Source of the DNA: Octopus vulgaris
Lineage: Eukaryota
DNA length: 64,000 nt
Direction: 5' to 3'
NCBI GenBank assembly: GCA_951406725.2
Contig: OX597828.1
Location: forward strand, 28,830,001 to 28,894,000
In this document: positions 37,907 to 53,520 of the stretch, piece after piece
How positions within the stretch are numbered: position 1 is the stretch's first letter
Layout: every line of letters starts with the position of its first letter
The notes under the pieces: model-generated
Told to the model about the DNA's origin: nothing
Seen by the model: only the letters and a program-made list of their open reading frames with translations
Database searches by the model: none
Translations under genes and position numbers: made by a program

Positions 37907-39024
37907 ATGCTTTTTTTTTTTTTGTTTCAACCGAACATATCACCGTTAGTATTTATTTTTTTAAAGTTTGGTACTTATTCGATCTGTTTCTTTTGCAGAA
38001 CAGCTAAGTTTCGGAGATGAAAATAAACCAACACCGGTTGTTAAGCATGTAGGAAGACACACACAAAAACAATATATATATATATATATATATATATGTG
38101 TATATACACACACATACACGCACACATATATACACGACGGGCTTCCACATAGTTTCCGTCTACTAAACTCACTCATAAAGCATTGGTCGGCTTGGGGGCA
38201 ATAGGAGACGACCATTTCTCAAGGTACAATGCATTGAGGCTGAACATGAAACCATATGCTTGCAAAGCGAGTTTCTTAGCCATACGACCATGCCTGCCGC
38301 TAGATAAGGCTTACCATTCAACAGAAGAGTAGTAACTACAGGGTTAATTCTCCGGCTGTTTCTGCTATCCACTTTCAGCTGAGTGGACTGAGGCGATGTA
38401 AAATAAAATGCCTTACTCAATGACAGAAAACCCTACTTCTCCGAGAATCGAACTCACGACTTAACGATCGGGAGTTCACCGCGCAAACTTTAATGCCACA
38501 CGTATTCATAGACCAATGACACTTAAAGAATATGGAAATAATTAAAAGGAATTAGTTTTACTATTTTTGAAAGGGGAACTAGCTTCTGATTTAATTGGTT
38601 GCGACTTTGAATTTGAATACAATTAAAAAAGAAACCCTAACATGGAAACTTATAGCAGCAAATGAAGATACAACGTTTTGCTATTTGTATAGTTGTATAG
38701 AAAATATAAACATAATTTTTGACATCTAAAGAAGAAAAAAACGCATTTGTAATGAATAACAGATAAAAATGCAATCAAAGAAATTATCTTCTGAAAAATG
38801 GAACGAAAATTAGTGAATAAATCACAGTGAAGTGTTCTCAAAATACTTACACGACAAATTTTGAAAGGGTTATCGTTATGTTCCCCAAAGCAGACTTTTC
38901 GGACTTTCAGGCAGATAACGAACGGTCTGAAGCAGTAAAATTCCGTGAGAGTGAAACGGAAGAAGGGAAATAACTGGTACAAGTAAAATGCATACAAAGG
39001 TGGAATGGTATTCTTTGTTAGTCA

Positions 39025-39245
39025 AGGCAGTTACGTTCTGAGTTCAAATTCCGCCGAGGTCGATTTTGCCTTTCATAATTTCGGGGTCGATTAAATAAGT
39101 ACCAGTTACACACTGGGGTCGATGTAACCGACTTAATCTCTTTGTCTGTCCTTAAGTTAAGTTAACTTTTTGGCTCAAAAAGCAAAAGCAAGGCCATGTA
39201 GGGGTTGTCCCCTCTATGTTTAGCCCCTTGTGGACAATAAAGAAA
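39025..39245 (+). mobile_element. SINE family B, 5'-truncated, with a 52-bp foreign insert
   Basis: B-box and tail present; 39153-39204 interrupts the GTCTGTCCTT/TTGTCCCC tail motif. Confidence 0.8.
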
Positions 39246-39925
39246 AAAAAAATTCTGTTTAACACATATTCTCCAGAGTTTTAATATTTATGATAATTTT
39301 CAGCTTAGGTTTCTCGAGTGGAAAACCAATCAAAACTAAAAGCAAGAAAGAGGGTAACATTGAATATGACCTTTTGAACATAAAAGCGAAAGAACCTGTT
39401 TTGAACCCATATACTGATTCAATCTTCGAAAATCAATTTTTCAAAGAAATTAAACAAGGAAGAAAATAAGAAAGGAGAATAAATGGAGGAATTTGAAATG
39501 AGAAGCAGCATAAGTGTTTCTATGCTTTCTTCTTTCGCTGAATCTACCTCAAACAAGGAGTTACCTGATGAAGAAAGCCTGTCTGGTAGAGAAGCGCGAC
39601 AATAGAAATGCATCAGTATCTTAATAGCTTATCGAACAGCGAAGGAAAAAAGGAAATATCTTAACCCTGTTTCGCGAGAAGTTTTATCATGTCACCCAAC
39701 CTTCCCCCGAAAGGATATTGTGTTCACCTTCAAAAGGTCGTCGGTTGGATTCCTGTCCTTGAGCAAGACACTTCATTTCAATTTGCTCCAGCCTGCTTAA
39801 GTGAAAATAATGCTTACTTCGGTGCTTTTGACCCGCCTGTACTTTGTTACAAAGTCACGATGGATTGATGGTTTATGTGTCATCAGATATATCTTTTATC
39901 ATCACCATTGTATTCCGCCACTCTG

Positions 39926-40215
39926 TAAGTGAGAAAGAGAGAAGAGTGATTTAATATTGGTTTTAAATTTTGGCACAAGGCCAGCAATTTCTGGGGAGGA
40001 GGCATAACGATTACATCGACCACAGTACGCAACTGGTATTTATTTTATCTACTCCTAAAGGATGAAAGCTGAAGTCGACCTCGGCGGAAATCGAACTCAG
40101 AACGTAACGACAGATGAAATGCTGCTAAGCATTTCGCTCTGCGTGCTACCGATTCTGCCAGCTCGCTGCCTTAAGAGATGTGATTTAATATCGTTTCCAA
40201 GTTTTGGCACAAAGC
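39926..40215 (-). repeat. Inverted duplicate of 35150-35420
   Basis: Same private SINE variants and the same flanks on both sides. Confidence 0.88.
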
Positions 40216-42079
40216 CAGTATTTTTTAATATTGCGCTCAGTATTTCCATAGTAACTGCCTTGACTAACAAAGAATACCATTCCACCTTTGTATGCATTTT
40301 AATTGTGCCAGTTATTTCCAGTCTTCCGTTTGACCCCTCACTGAATTATCCGGCATGCTAAGAATTATAATAATCCCTTCTGCTATGGGCACAAGGCCTG
40401 ATATTTTGGGGGAGAGGACGTCGACCCCAGTGCTCAAACGCAAACTCGATCTCGAGGGTATATGAACTCATAACGTGAAGACGGACGAAATGCCGCTAAG
40501 CTTTTGTCCGACCTGCCAACAATTCTGTCATCTCACAAGCCTAATGACTATAAAAATGACATCCACAACACATTTGTGGCTACTTCTGTAATGAAGATAA
40601 AAAATCTCGCTGAGTTACATTCAATTTCATTTTCCTGATGCAACCATTTCACGCCATAAACATCATGAAAGCCCTGAATATCATAAAAAACGCATTTCCC
40701 TTCACTTTACATATATATATATGTATATATATATATATACCATATACCATATATATATATATATCTACCATATACCATATATATATATATATATCTACCG
40801 TATACCATATATATATATATATATATTCTTGTACTTGTTTCAGTCATTTGACTGCGGTCGTGCTGGAGCAATAATAAATATAAAGTATTGTCGTCTAACT
40901 CGACGTCTTATGTCAATCAGGAAGCAAAATTTGAACTTGTGAAATATCAAACCAAATGAAATAATCATAGTTCTCTTGGATCTAACAATTTTCACACCAT
41001 AATATATCTTACCGTTTCTCTAATCCTCTCTTGTATATAAAAACTCATCAGAGTTTATAGTATATTGCAAGAATTAAAAGATTAATTACTTTGGAGTTTC
41101 CAACCGATGTCTTATATTCGGCTGTTAGGAATTTCATATTTCTTGTGGTAAGACAACCAAAACTTGCGGAAACCACAGTCAAAATAATTCTCCAAAAATC
41201 TCATCGAAAGTATTTGGCAATTTCAGGTACCAGATTTCCCAAACCACTTAAACTTAATCCCATTTAATCCATTCTAATCTGAACTAATCCCTGAGCGGTT
41301 TTACTCATATGAGCAGACGTCATATTTTTTTAATGTTGGTTAGGAAATAATCTAAAACTAAAAGATTTTTAAAGAGTCTTTTAATGTTAAGTTTCTTTTC
41401 ATTTATGTTTTATATGTCTGTTTTTTTTTATTGTTGGGGTAGTGGGGGGCGGGGGGGGACGAGAATTTGGCTTAAATTAACACTCCTGGCTCTGCTATAT
41501 ACCCGCCATGTGTGTGCCTGGTCTCTGTCTCTCAACACCCTACCAATGGAATTCTCTAGAATATACCGAAGAAGATTGTAGCTAATATTTTATTCTGTTT
41601 ATGTCTATCTACCATAAATATATTCAGAAAAAACAAAGAAACATTACAACAATTACCGTCTTCATACAGAAACACAGACACAAATACAGATGAATACACA
41701 CGCACACCCATGCACTCACATGCTCTCTCTCTCACACACACACACACCACACCTACATAGAAGTGTGCTTGCACATATAGGCAGATGTCAACCGTTTTCT
41801 CTCTCTCTCCAACGCATTATATGTATGTAGATTAATTTTCGCTTTCGTCGAGTTATAAAACAATTTAACATTTAACTGAAGAATTACTGAAAAGCACATA
41901 TCTATTATGTATGCTTTTACAAGAAGAGTAATAGTGACTTCGAAGTTTCGGCCTCATAATCTTCGTTGGACTGTCCGGTTGTTTCGGATCGGAGAATCTC
42001 TCTTGCGATTTTTCCTGCGACATTCTATGGTAGCTGTGACCTTTCAATGTAACACAAACAATATTCTGAAATTTGTTGG

Positions 42080-42775
42080 TTTTTTTTTTAATAGAACGAA
42101 CGAAAAATACTGTAAACTTCTAAGTCTTGTAAAAAATTATTTATTTCCCACAAGGGGACATACAGAAGGGACAATACAGCCTGATTGGGGTCAGACACAT
42201 ACGGATGGTTATAAAATAAAATGATAAACAAAAGACAATTACAAAACAATAAAAACAGAAATGGGGTATTAAAACAGGCTCCGACCCCCACGAGCTCTGC
42301 TTCTCTACCGACACCTTCTGGTCACCTTTATATCGTGTTCATGTATAGTCTTTCATACGCAACATTCGTGCTACACGTATACATCTATCTTTTGTACATT
42401 CTCGCTGACAAGCACCTTCTCTCTAGCCCCATTTTCCTTTTCAGGTGAAAGGTGAAGACATTCACCAAAGCAATACCGGAGACGAAGCTACCTGTCATTA
42501 CGCCTTTCACTCTCGACTTCCAAATCACTTCTTTCGCGATTGCTACTACCACGAGAAAACAATTCTTACCTTCTTCCGTAAGGAAATCCGGTGGGTCAAT
42601 TTTAAAAATTGACTCAGACGATAGCTGCACTCTCCTCACTTCTGACACACCCGGACATTGAACAATAGCGTGCAGGACGGTTTCCACGTCCTGCCCGCAT
42701 CTTGGACAGGCCGAGGGGCCAGGATGACCGTGTTTAGTGAGCTTATCCCGAACTGTTAGGGCTCCTCGGGAACAT
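42080..42775 (-). mobile_element. 5'-truncated L1/Tx1-type LINE: ORF2 C-terminus, 3' UTR, poly(A)
   Basis: Minus translation RGALTVRDKLTKHGHPGPSACPRCGQDVETVLHAIVQC (C-x2-C-x8-H-x4-C zf-RVT knuckle), then ..AIAKEVIWKSR..; T-rich 3' UTR; poly(A) at 42089-42080. Confidence 0.85.
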
Positions 42776-44523
42776 GTCTTGTAAAAGATACTGGAAAAAT
42801 TACTGAACAGGAAAATGAATTATTTGGAAGTAATTATGTAAATTAATGTAGTATTTTGAAAGAGAAATGTTTTACAAGAAAATAATAAAGAAAAATTTAA
42901 GATAAAGATTTCATTTTAAATTCTATTGAAAAAAAAATGAACTGAAGAAAATTTATGATGAAAAATCTGACAATAAGAGCAATGTGTTGTTGAATAGGTT
43001 GAGTGTCGGGCAAAATGTCTTGCAGTATTTTAGTTATGTTCTGAGTTCAAGTTTGGTCGAGGCTGACTCTATTTTTTTTTTATTAATTTTTGCAATTTTT
43101 TTTTTTTCATGAAATTCAATTTGAACCACCTTCTGATTGCCTTGAATGAATTAATATTCTCAGAACTCAAGGCTGACAGAAATCTTCTTCAAAGCAATTT
43201 TTCTAAAATATAACGAATTACAGTGATTCTATTTATTTTAAGAATTAATAAACCTTGGGTACGGGTTTAATAAAAGGCTGGGTACAGTTGCTCGTATTTA
43301 TATGACAATAAACAATAAATGAAAAACGTAGTGTTTGAAGAAATCCGAACCGGGTGCAACGCTTAACGGATTAGGTAGGATAGGACGTCATTGGGGCCGA
43401 ACCGTGATTTTGACAAATCATTCAGTTTGCATTGGTCTAGGCCATACTAGAAATACCCCCTATGGTGCTGTATGTTTAAACTAATTCTATAAACTTTCTC
43501 ACAAAAAGCTGATTCGATATGTTATAAATGAATGAACCGAACCGAAACGGCTGCAAGAAAGAACAAATAGTTTCTATAAAATAATTAATTATATAACACA
43601 ATCGCAAACAGTCTTAATTTAATGTCTGATAGTTTAGTTGTTTAACGTAGTTCATAAAACGGCATATCGGTTACTATCAAAGCTAAACGTTGTTTGTTAG
43701 AAGCTGTGGAAATATTGAATTGTGGCGAACCATAAAAGTTTCTTGCGACCATTTACATGTATTAAAGAGATTCCTCCCAATTTTTTAAATTTATTTACTT
43801 ATATATTTATTAGTTTTATTCAGCTTTTTTTTAAAATATTTTTTTTCTTTTTATTTCTACCCTTTCTAAGTACCAACTGAATGAGTGGTTGTGAATTCCA
43901 TCATACAGACATTGATCAAAAATTGGCGCCCGGCTATTGATTGAGAGAGAGAGAGAAAGCCAAACTACAGCGACATCGCAAACATCTCCAGAATTACAAC
44001 GAAACCAAATGTAGCCGCCAATTACCATTATCATTACCATTACGATCTCCACCAGCATCGGCACTGCCTCCAACACCATCATATCATAAACCCTGTTTGC
44101 ACCACCAATCCAATTTATGATATTGTGTTGTTGGTAGAGATGTATTTGCTTATGAAGGGTGCTTTTTAAACATGACCGTTCCTTATTAGATAACTAGAAT
44201 TACCACCATTTGTGATGCAGTGTAAAGGAGGGTCGGAGAAACTATCTGCATTTCCGGTTCAGATTATATGTTACGCATAATCTCAATTGGCAAACTGATC
44301 ATTTAAAATGCCTAATTATATATACAAATGATATCGTCATCGTTCTACAAATGTATAACCTTCGGCGTTGTTATATAAGAGTGAAATGATCGTCACATCT
44401 ATGTGAGTCTCTAAATAGCTATACATATGTCATACATCGAGATAAAACAAATGCAGACGTACACGCGTACACTTACAAAACACGCATTGTCTTGGTGTGC
44501 ATGAATTTGTGTAGGTCTGTCTG

Positions 44524-44570
<47 letters not shown>

Positions 44571-45184
44571 GTGCTGTGTCCTCATCATTAAGACGCACAC
44601 ACACACACACCTACATCTTCCACATATAAGAGGAAGATGTATCTGTCCGTGGTTGAGAGCGTGTGTATAACATCTATAGGCATAAATACTTATATGTTTG
44701 TGTATGTGTATGTGTATGTGCAAGCACAATATTTATATAATCATAGTGAAAAATAAGTAAGGAGAAGAGCAAGAGAGAAAGAAAGAAACAGAAAGAAGAC
44801 AGATAAAGGATTGGAGAGAAAGATACAACAAACAAACAAACAAATAAATAATATAGAAGGGAAACAGAAATGGGGAGTGAAAAGGTTGCCGACACACAGA
44901 CAAATATAAAAAGAGAAAAGGAGAGCAACGAAGAGGACTAGAGTAAAATTAGAATTTAAACTTACGTATTTACTTACACACGATCGCACATACACACGCA
45001 CGCACGCGCGCAAACACATTTTCATGCATAAACACAAATGTATGCATTCACGTATGTATGTGTATATAATTATTATATGCATGTAAATAGATTCATATTT
45101 TTTATAGAAATATATAATATACATGATGCATAAATTACGCATTCATACATGGGCACACGCGCACACATGTATATACAATATTTA

Positions 45185-46285
<1,101 letters not shown>

Positions 46286-46454
46286 TTTAATGTTTTGTAA
46301 ACGTTCTACTTGGTTGAATTAATTCAGACGTTCGGCTTGGTTTTGGTGAGATAAAATAATAATACGATTTATGGACATGAAACAACAACAGCAACGATAA
46401 CAACTAGATCATCATTATCGTCATCATCCTCCTCATCATCATCATCATCGTTAC

Positions 46455-46495
<41 letters not shown>

Positions 46496-46552
46496 ACAAC
46501 AGCAAAAAGTGGCACCCGCTGCATACAGTTTGCAAGATATACACTTCTGAAA

Positions 46553-46814
<262 letters not shown>

Positions 46815-47140
46815 TATTAAAGAGAGAAAGATATATAGGAACAGTAGGAAAGAAAGAAAAGGGAGGGAAAAGGAAGGAAAGATTAAGGGGTAGAAAAAGG
46901 GGGAAGGCAAAGGGGAAAGACAGTTGTGAAGAAATGCGATGAAGATCTTGTATAGTGTCGACAGGTTGGTTTAGAGAGAAGGGGGCAGAGAAGTGAGGTG
47001 GAAACAGAGATAGAAATAGGCTGACAGACAGAGGGAGAGAGGAGGAGATAAGGTGTGACATAGAGAGGGAGAGAGTGAAAGACAGAAGAGAAAGCGGGCG
47101 AAAGAGAGAAAGGAGAAAGAGACAACTGGACAAAGAGAGG

Positions 47141-47171
<31 letters not shown>

Positions 47172-47329
47172 AGAGAGATAAGATGAGATAGAGACAGTGA
47201 GGGAAATAGAAGGAGAAAGAAGTGCAGAGAGAGGGGGGTGTTTATTTTATGTTGTGGCTATGAAGTACAAGACGTAGTGGAATCAGGAATGTAAAGATCG
47301 TCACCACCATCACCATCATCTTCATCACC

Positions 47330-47361
<32 letters not shown>

Positions 47362-47581
47362 AATCATGCTCATCATCATCATCATTATCATCATCGCCAA
47401 CTACTACTACTACTACTGCTGCAGTTGCTGTCGGTGGTGCTGGTGGATAAACAAAATTAGATGGAGACGAAGAGGAAAGAATGATTATATACTTACGCGC
47501 ACACACACGTACATATTCATAAATACATACATACACATAAACATATACTATATACATATATATATATATATACATACATAC

Positions 47582-47587
<6 letters not shown>

Positions 47588-47612
<25 letters not shown>

Positions 47613-47650
47613 GGTATGTATGTAGGTATGTATGTAGGTATGTAGGCATG

Positions 47651-47684
<34 letters not shown>

Positions 47685-47738
47685 TGTATGTATGTATGTA
47701 TGTAGGTATGTATGTATGTATGTATGTATGTAGGCATG

Positions 47739-47772
<34 letters not shown>

Positions 47773-47858
47773 TGTATGTATGTAGGTATGTATGTATGTA
47801 TGTATGTAGGCATGTATATATGTATGTAGGTATGTATGTATGTATGTATGTAGGCATG

Positions 47859-47892
<34 letters not shown>

Positions 47893-47906
47893 GGTATGTA
47901 TGTATG
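47588..47906. repeat. (TATG)n array with higher-order unit marked by TAGGCATGTATATA
   Basis: Marker recurs at ~47643, 47731, 47807 and 47851. Confidence 0.9.
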
Positions 47907-48274
47907 TGTATAAATGTTATCAATGCTGGGAAGGTGAAGACGACGACGACGACGACGATTTTCAAGATGATAAGAATAGTGATGAGGCTGAATTGGATGA
48001 CGAAGAAGCTAATGAATGATGATGATGACGATGATGATGACGATGATTGTGACGATTGTGATGATGATGATGATGATGATGGTGATGGTGATGATGATGA
48101 TGATGATGATGATGGTGATGGTGACCTTTGCGATGATGGTGGTGGTGGGTATGGGGATAATGTTGTAAGCAGAAGCATGCAAGAAAGAAAAATAAAACAA
48201 GAGTCAAAAACAGAAATAAAGATACAATAAATTAAAATAAAGAAAGCAAAGAACAAACAAGAAACACAGAAACA

Positions 48275-48277
<3 letters not shown>

Positions 48278-48305
<28 letters not shown>

Positions 48306-48366
48306 AAGAAGAAGAAGAAGAAGAAGAAGAAGAAGAAGAAGAAGAAGAAGAAGAAGAAGAAGAAGA
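48278..48366. repeat. (AAG)n microsatellite
   Basis: Seen directly. Confidence 0.95.
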
Positions 48367-48826
48367 ACCGTGAAACAGTGGAGGCGGTGGGGGGGGGACT
48401 AAAGACAGGACGACAGACAGAAAGATAGAAGGAAAGAACGAAAGAAAGAAAAGAAGAAATAAATAAATGGTAGAGAGATTCCGAAAGTAAAAATAAAGAA
48501 AATTAGGGTTGCAGAAGCTATTGTGTTAAAGATATTGTCTGGAATAGCTTTTATGTTTGTAATGCCTCGGGGTGGTTGCATTGGTTGGCGGAAATGGTTG
48601 TTTATATGACAAGAATTATCATAAAGACGAAAGATTATCTAAGACGAATGATTGAAGATAATTTAGCTACTGTTTCTAGTAATGGAGGAAAGAGGAGAAG
48701 GAGGAGGGGGTAGATAAAGAGAAGCAGAGAGAGATCGGGAAAACAAAACTTCATATGCAAATATGTGTGTGTATGTCTGTATGTATATATACTTATATAT
48801 ATATAAATATATATATATATAAATAA

Positions 48827-48915
<89 letters not shown>

Positions 48916-49108
48916 CTTATATATATACACTTATATACGTGTCCTCACATGTGTAGGCAATTAAGGAAGTATGTGTGTATGTGTGTGTGTGTCTTTGTAT
49001 GTGTGTGTAAAATTATGTATTTATATCCACATATATCCATACATACCCATATACATGTATCTGCACACAAACGTATGTTCAAACGCATCAACAGGAACAC
49101 TAAAACTA

Positions 49109-49178
<70 letters not shown>

Positions 49179-49346
49179 GGTGTGTTTCCCTGCAATTGGT
49201 TATACATACCCAAAGACAATAATTAAAAACAAGAAATTCTAATCAAAAACATTTTCATGCACATTCGAGAGAGAGAGAAAAGTAAAAGGCCTTTGCGAAT
49301 AAAATGCTTGTTTAACGTGTGTGTGTTTATGTGTGTGTGTGCGTGC

Positions 49347-49385
<39 letters not shown>

Positions 49386-49445
49386 CGCGCGTGTGTGTGC
49401 GCGCGTGTGTGTGCGCGCGTGTGTGTGCGCGCGTGTGTGTGCGCG

Positions 49446-49476
<31 letters not shown>

Positions 49477-49602
49477 TCATGTCTGTATGTGTTCGAGTGA
49501 GTTTCCTTTACATGGATTTTTGTTGAATGTTATTCAAATAATTGAATGTACATGAAACTGTCATGTACACCAAGGACTGATTGCTGCTGGTACTGCTGTT
49601 GC

Positions 49603-49634
<32 letters not shown>

Positions 49635-49869
49635 GTGTTGGTGCTGGTGCTGTTGGTATTGTTGTTGCTGTTGTTGTTATTTCGCTGCAAGTCAGCCTCG
49701 ACCATGAAGACCAATGATCAAAGATGTTCCAGCAGTGAAACTTCCCGTATTTTTCGAACATCTAATAGCTTGCATTGTCAAATGCGCCACTCCTCTTCTT
49801 TCCAAGACTGCCTTATTGTGAGCAGAGGAATATTTAGCTGCTATTTCTAACAGGTTGAGCTTTCACTAA

Positions 49870-49879
49870 GAATCACTCG

Positions 49880-49941
<62 letters not shown>

Positions 49942-49942
49942 G

Positions 49943-50002
<60 letters not shown>

Positions 50003-50004
50003 GT

Positions 50005-50058
<54 letters not shown>
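49870..50058. repeat. (CTAT)n array; a second array lies at 50896-51118
   Basis: Seen directly. Confidence 0.95.
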
Positions 50059-50059
<1 letters not shown>

Positions 50060-50080
50060 AATTCCTCCCCCTCTCTATCC

Positions 50081-50135
<55 letters not shown>

Positions 50136-50894
50136 ATACACATTAACTACAGGACATCACCAACGAGCGAAAAATACGTAAACACATAATTAAAGACAAA
50201 TACGGGACAATATACCAAAAGAAGTCTAACCCTTTCTCAGTTGTCGACACGTTTATTACTCCCTATTTTGTCCTTTCAACGACAAGAATTGGAAAATCTC
50301 GTAAGACAGTAGCATCCAAAAATTTAGAAAATATAAAATTTGTGGAGAGTTAGGGCTTCGAACGAACAAACAACACAGTGGATGTACAGAGTAAGCAATC
50401 GACGAAAACAAACATTACGGGCCATTGGCCCAAGTCGAATTGTAATGGGTAATGCATTGGAGAAATTTTGAAAGCGTATAGAATAAACAGAAGAGAAGAA
50501 AGTAGCAAAAGAGAAAAAATGTCGGGAGGTGAGAGAAATGATGTCCTGCTAGAGGGACGTCTGGTCTAGAAAAGACAGAGGCGAGAGAGAAATGGCCCCT
50601 AGTCACGTGTGACCAACAGGTAGAGTAGAAGGGAGACAACAGAGAGGATGAGGGAAAGAAACAAAGGGGGTAAGGAGACGGGAGAGGGTATGAAAGATAG
50701 TAGGGAGTGGAAGAAAGGGGAGAGCAAATAAGGAGGGGAAGAAATGGACAATAAAAAGGATTATAGAGGGATAGAGAGAAAGAAAGAAAATTAAATTGTA
50801 ATAATGAAGTCAAATCAAATAGTGATATTTTGGTTTAACTTCATTATTACAACTTATACGACTCGAAATCAGTACAAATTTATCTATTTGTTTG

Positions 50895-50961
<67 letters not shown>

Positions 50962-50977
50962 GTCTGTCTGTCTGTTT

Positions 50978-51119
<142 letters not shown>

Positions 51120-51144
51120 TTAATTACCTATCCGCTCATGTGTG

Positions 51145-51205
<61 letters not shown>

Positions 51206-51206
<1 letters not shown>

Positions 51207-51590
51207 GTGGCACTCCGTTAGTTGCGACGACGTGGGTTCCATTTGATCCAATCAACGGAACAGCCTGCCCATGATATTAACGTGCAAATGGCTGAGCACT
51301 CTACAGACACGTGTACCCTTAACGTAGTTCTCGTGGGGAATCAGCATTACACAGTGTGTGACAAGGCTGGCCCTTTGATAATACAGATACAACAGAAACA
51401 GGAAGAAAGAGTAAGAGAAAGTAGTGATGAAAGAGTACAGTAGGGTTCGCCTCCATCCGCTGCCGGAGCCTCGTGGAACTTTAGGTGTTTTCGCTCAATA
51501 AACACTCACAACGCCCGGTTTGGGAATCGAAACCGCGATCCTACGACCGTGAGTCCGCTGCCCCTAACAACTGGGCTATTGCACCTCCAC
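51206..51590 (-). mobile_element. SINE family C, full length (head as 28761, tail type 2)
   Basis: Minus head GGAGGTGCAATAGCCCAGTTGTTAGGGG..GGTTTCGATTCCC; tail matches 29050 and 36489. Confidence 0.85.
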
Positions 51591-51617
51591 TATATATGCA
51601 TATATATATATATACAT

Positions 51618-51651
<34 letters not shown>

Positions 51652-52815
51652 TTCTAATTAGCTTTCTCATGCAACAATGCATTAAATATATTAATAACTC
51701 ACCTCTTAGTTTTCATAAGGTTAATATCCAAATCTTTTAAATCAATGTGTAATAGAAAAATAAATTCAGGAATATTGTTTCCACCTGAAAGTGAAGTACA
51801 AGTAGGCCAACAACTACAGTTGAAGATATTTTTTTATTCTCGTGACGTTTATCTTCGTGTTGTATACTCACAGACATTGGATTAGAGACAGAACAAAAAG
51901 TTCTCGTCTGTGTAATTCTATCGACTGTTTGCAATTTATTCGTAGAAACTAAATATGGTTGTCACAAGCAAAAACCAGGTTAATGATGGAAATTTTCTAT
52001 AATACACTCGAATTTGTCTTTTAAGATGTATAGGGCTGTCAGATAAATTCGTTAAATGTTTTTTCCATTTATTTTAATCCTTTCCAATGTTATTTGAATT
52101 AACACGAGATATATTTCTATCGTAGTGTTTTATTGTGTTATTTTCAGTTCTGTTATTCCTCTACAACTTTTGTTTGTCGTTTTTAAAATTTGAATAAATT
52201 TTACCTCTTTTCAGACATATGACGCGTATGAAAAAAAAAAAAAGGCAAAAATAGATAAAAACAAAATAGAACAACGAATTTATCTCACAACAAATTTGGA
52301 TATTACGTGCATGACGTAGCTCTATTCATGGTAGATGCTAAGTAAAATGTCGGTTATTCGAAGAATCAGAATGTATAACATGAAAACCGGAACACAATAA
52401 AATTACGTTCAGACACATTTACTAAAACAACAAAACAATATATTTCAGTTAATGGGGATTATAATAATTAATTATACGAATAATTAATTATACAAAATAT
52501 ATTCAATTGAAAGCTACCTGGTTAGCATACACAAAACATCAACTGGAAACTCAAAAGTGCTTGGACCAAACAAAAAAGTGCTTCTAGTCGACGAAGGCAC
52601 CAAAGGATTCTTTTCGGTTTCTTCCAACCACTTGAAGATTTTTCAATTCTTATCGATTGTTTTCAAAACTTTTATACTGACGTAGTTTTGTATTCTGATA
52701 TCGCATTTATTTTTTCCTATAATTAATAATAAACAAGATAAAAGCATCTACAGTTATATATTTATAACCAATGAAATGAGTCCAGTGTCCTTAAAAGCGG
52801 AAGTCGAAACTGTTT

Positions 52816-52850
52816 GCTGCCATGGCAACCTAATTAATTGCCATGACAAC
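52816..52850. promoter_or_regulatory. Tandem RFX X-box-like motifs
   Basis: GCTGCCATGGCAAC (52816-52829; 13/14 to GTTGCCATGGCAAC) and ATTGCCATGACAAC (52837-52850; 12/14), 21 bp apart, with TAATTA between, in non-repetitive DNA. Confidence 0.55.
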
Positions 52851-53071
52851 TGAGTATCATGGATAATGTAAGACATGAAGTGAACTGTGGAAATGGAAAA
52901 GTTGTTTTTCAAAGAATTTAATGGAAGCAAACAAAACAAACAAATAAAGTGTTTTATTAAAAAAGAAATTAATGAAAGAAACCAATGACGAAATAATGAA
53001 TATTTTCTTACTTTTTTTAAAATTGGAGTGTAATATCGAAGAAAATGAACATTTGAAGCTTTATATATATG

Positions 53072-53149
<78 letters not shown>

Positions 53150-53217
53150 CTGTAACCCGCTTTCTACATAATTCTTACCAGGAATAAGACCGAACCTGAA
53201 TCAAACCAAAATAATAA

Positions 53218-53510
53218 TAACAGGAGCACTCAGAGAGTACAAACCTCCGCCAAGGCAACACCAACATCCTCTCAATGATTAGCCAGAGATGATTTTTAAA
53301 ATGAGAATATCTTAAATAAAATCGAATGCTCTCACAAACGAGAATACTAAAAATGAGCCCGATCGCTCTCAAAAATTAAGTAAAAAAAAAACAAGAAAAA
53401 TAATCCAGAATCCTTGTCCGGAACCGGATCGATCCTAAAATCTAATCAGTTCGAGCGAGTCACAAGGCAAAACATCCCTGAAAGTTTCATTCGAATCCTT
53501 TCAGCGGTTC
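53218..53510 (+). mobile_element. Helentron/HINE-like non-autonomous element fragment
   Basis: Start AACAGGAGCACTCAGAGAG..ACCTCCGCCAAGGC and body ..AAAGTTTCATTCGAATCC..CAGCGGTT resemble, from memory, widespread aquatic-animal rolling-circle derivatives; 3' end lost at the mariner junction. Confidence 0.4.
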
Positions 53511-53520
53511 TGCTAGCTAT

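Noticed and set aside
49508-49850. Asn/Ser-rich ORF
   Set aside because: Short and centred on a CTG/TTG repeat, with no supporting signals.
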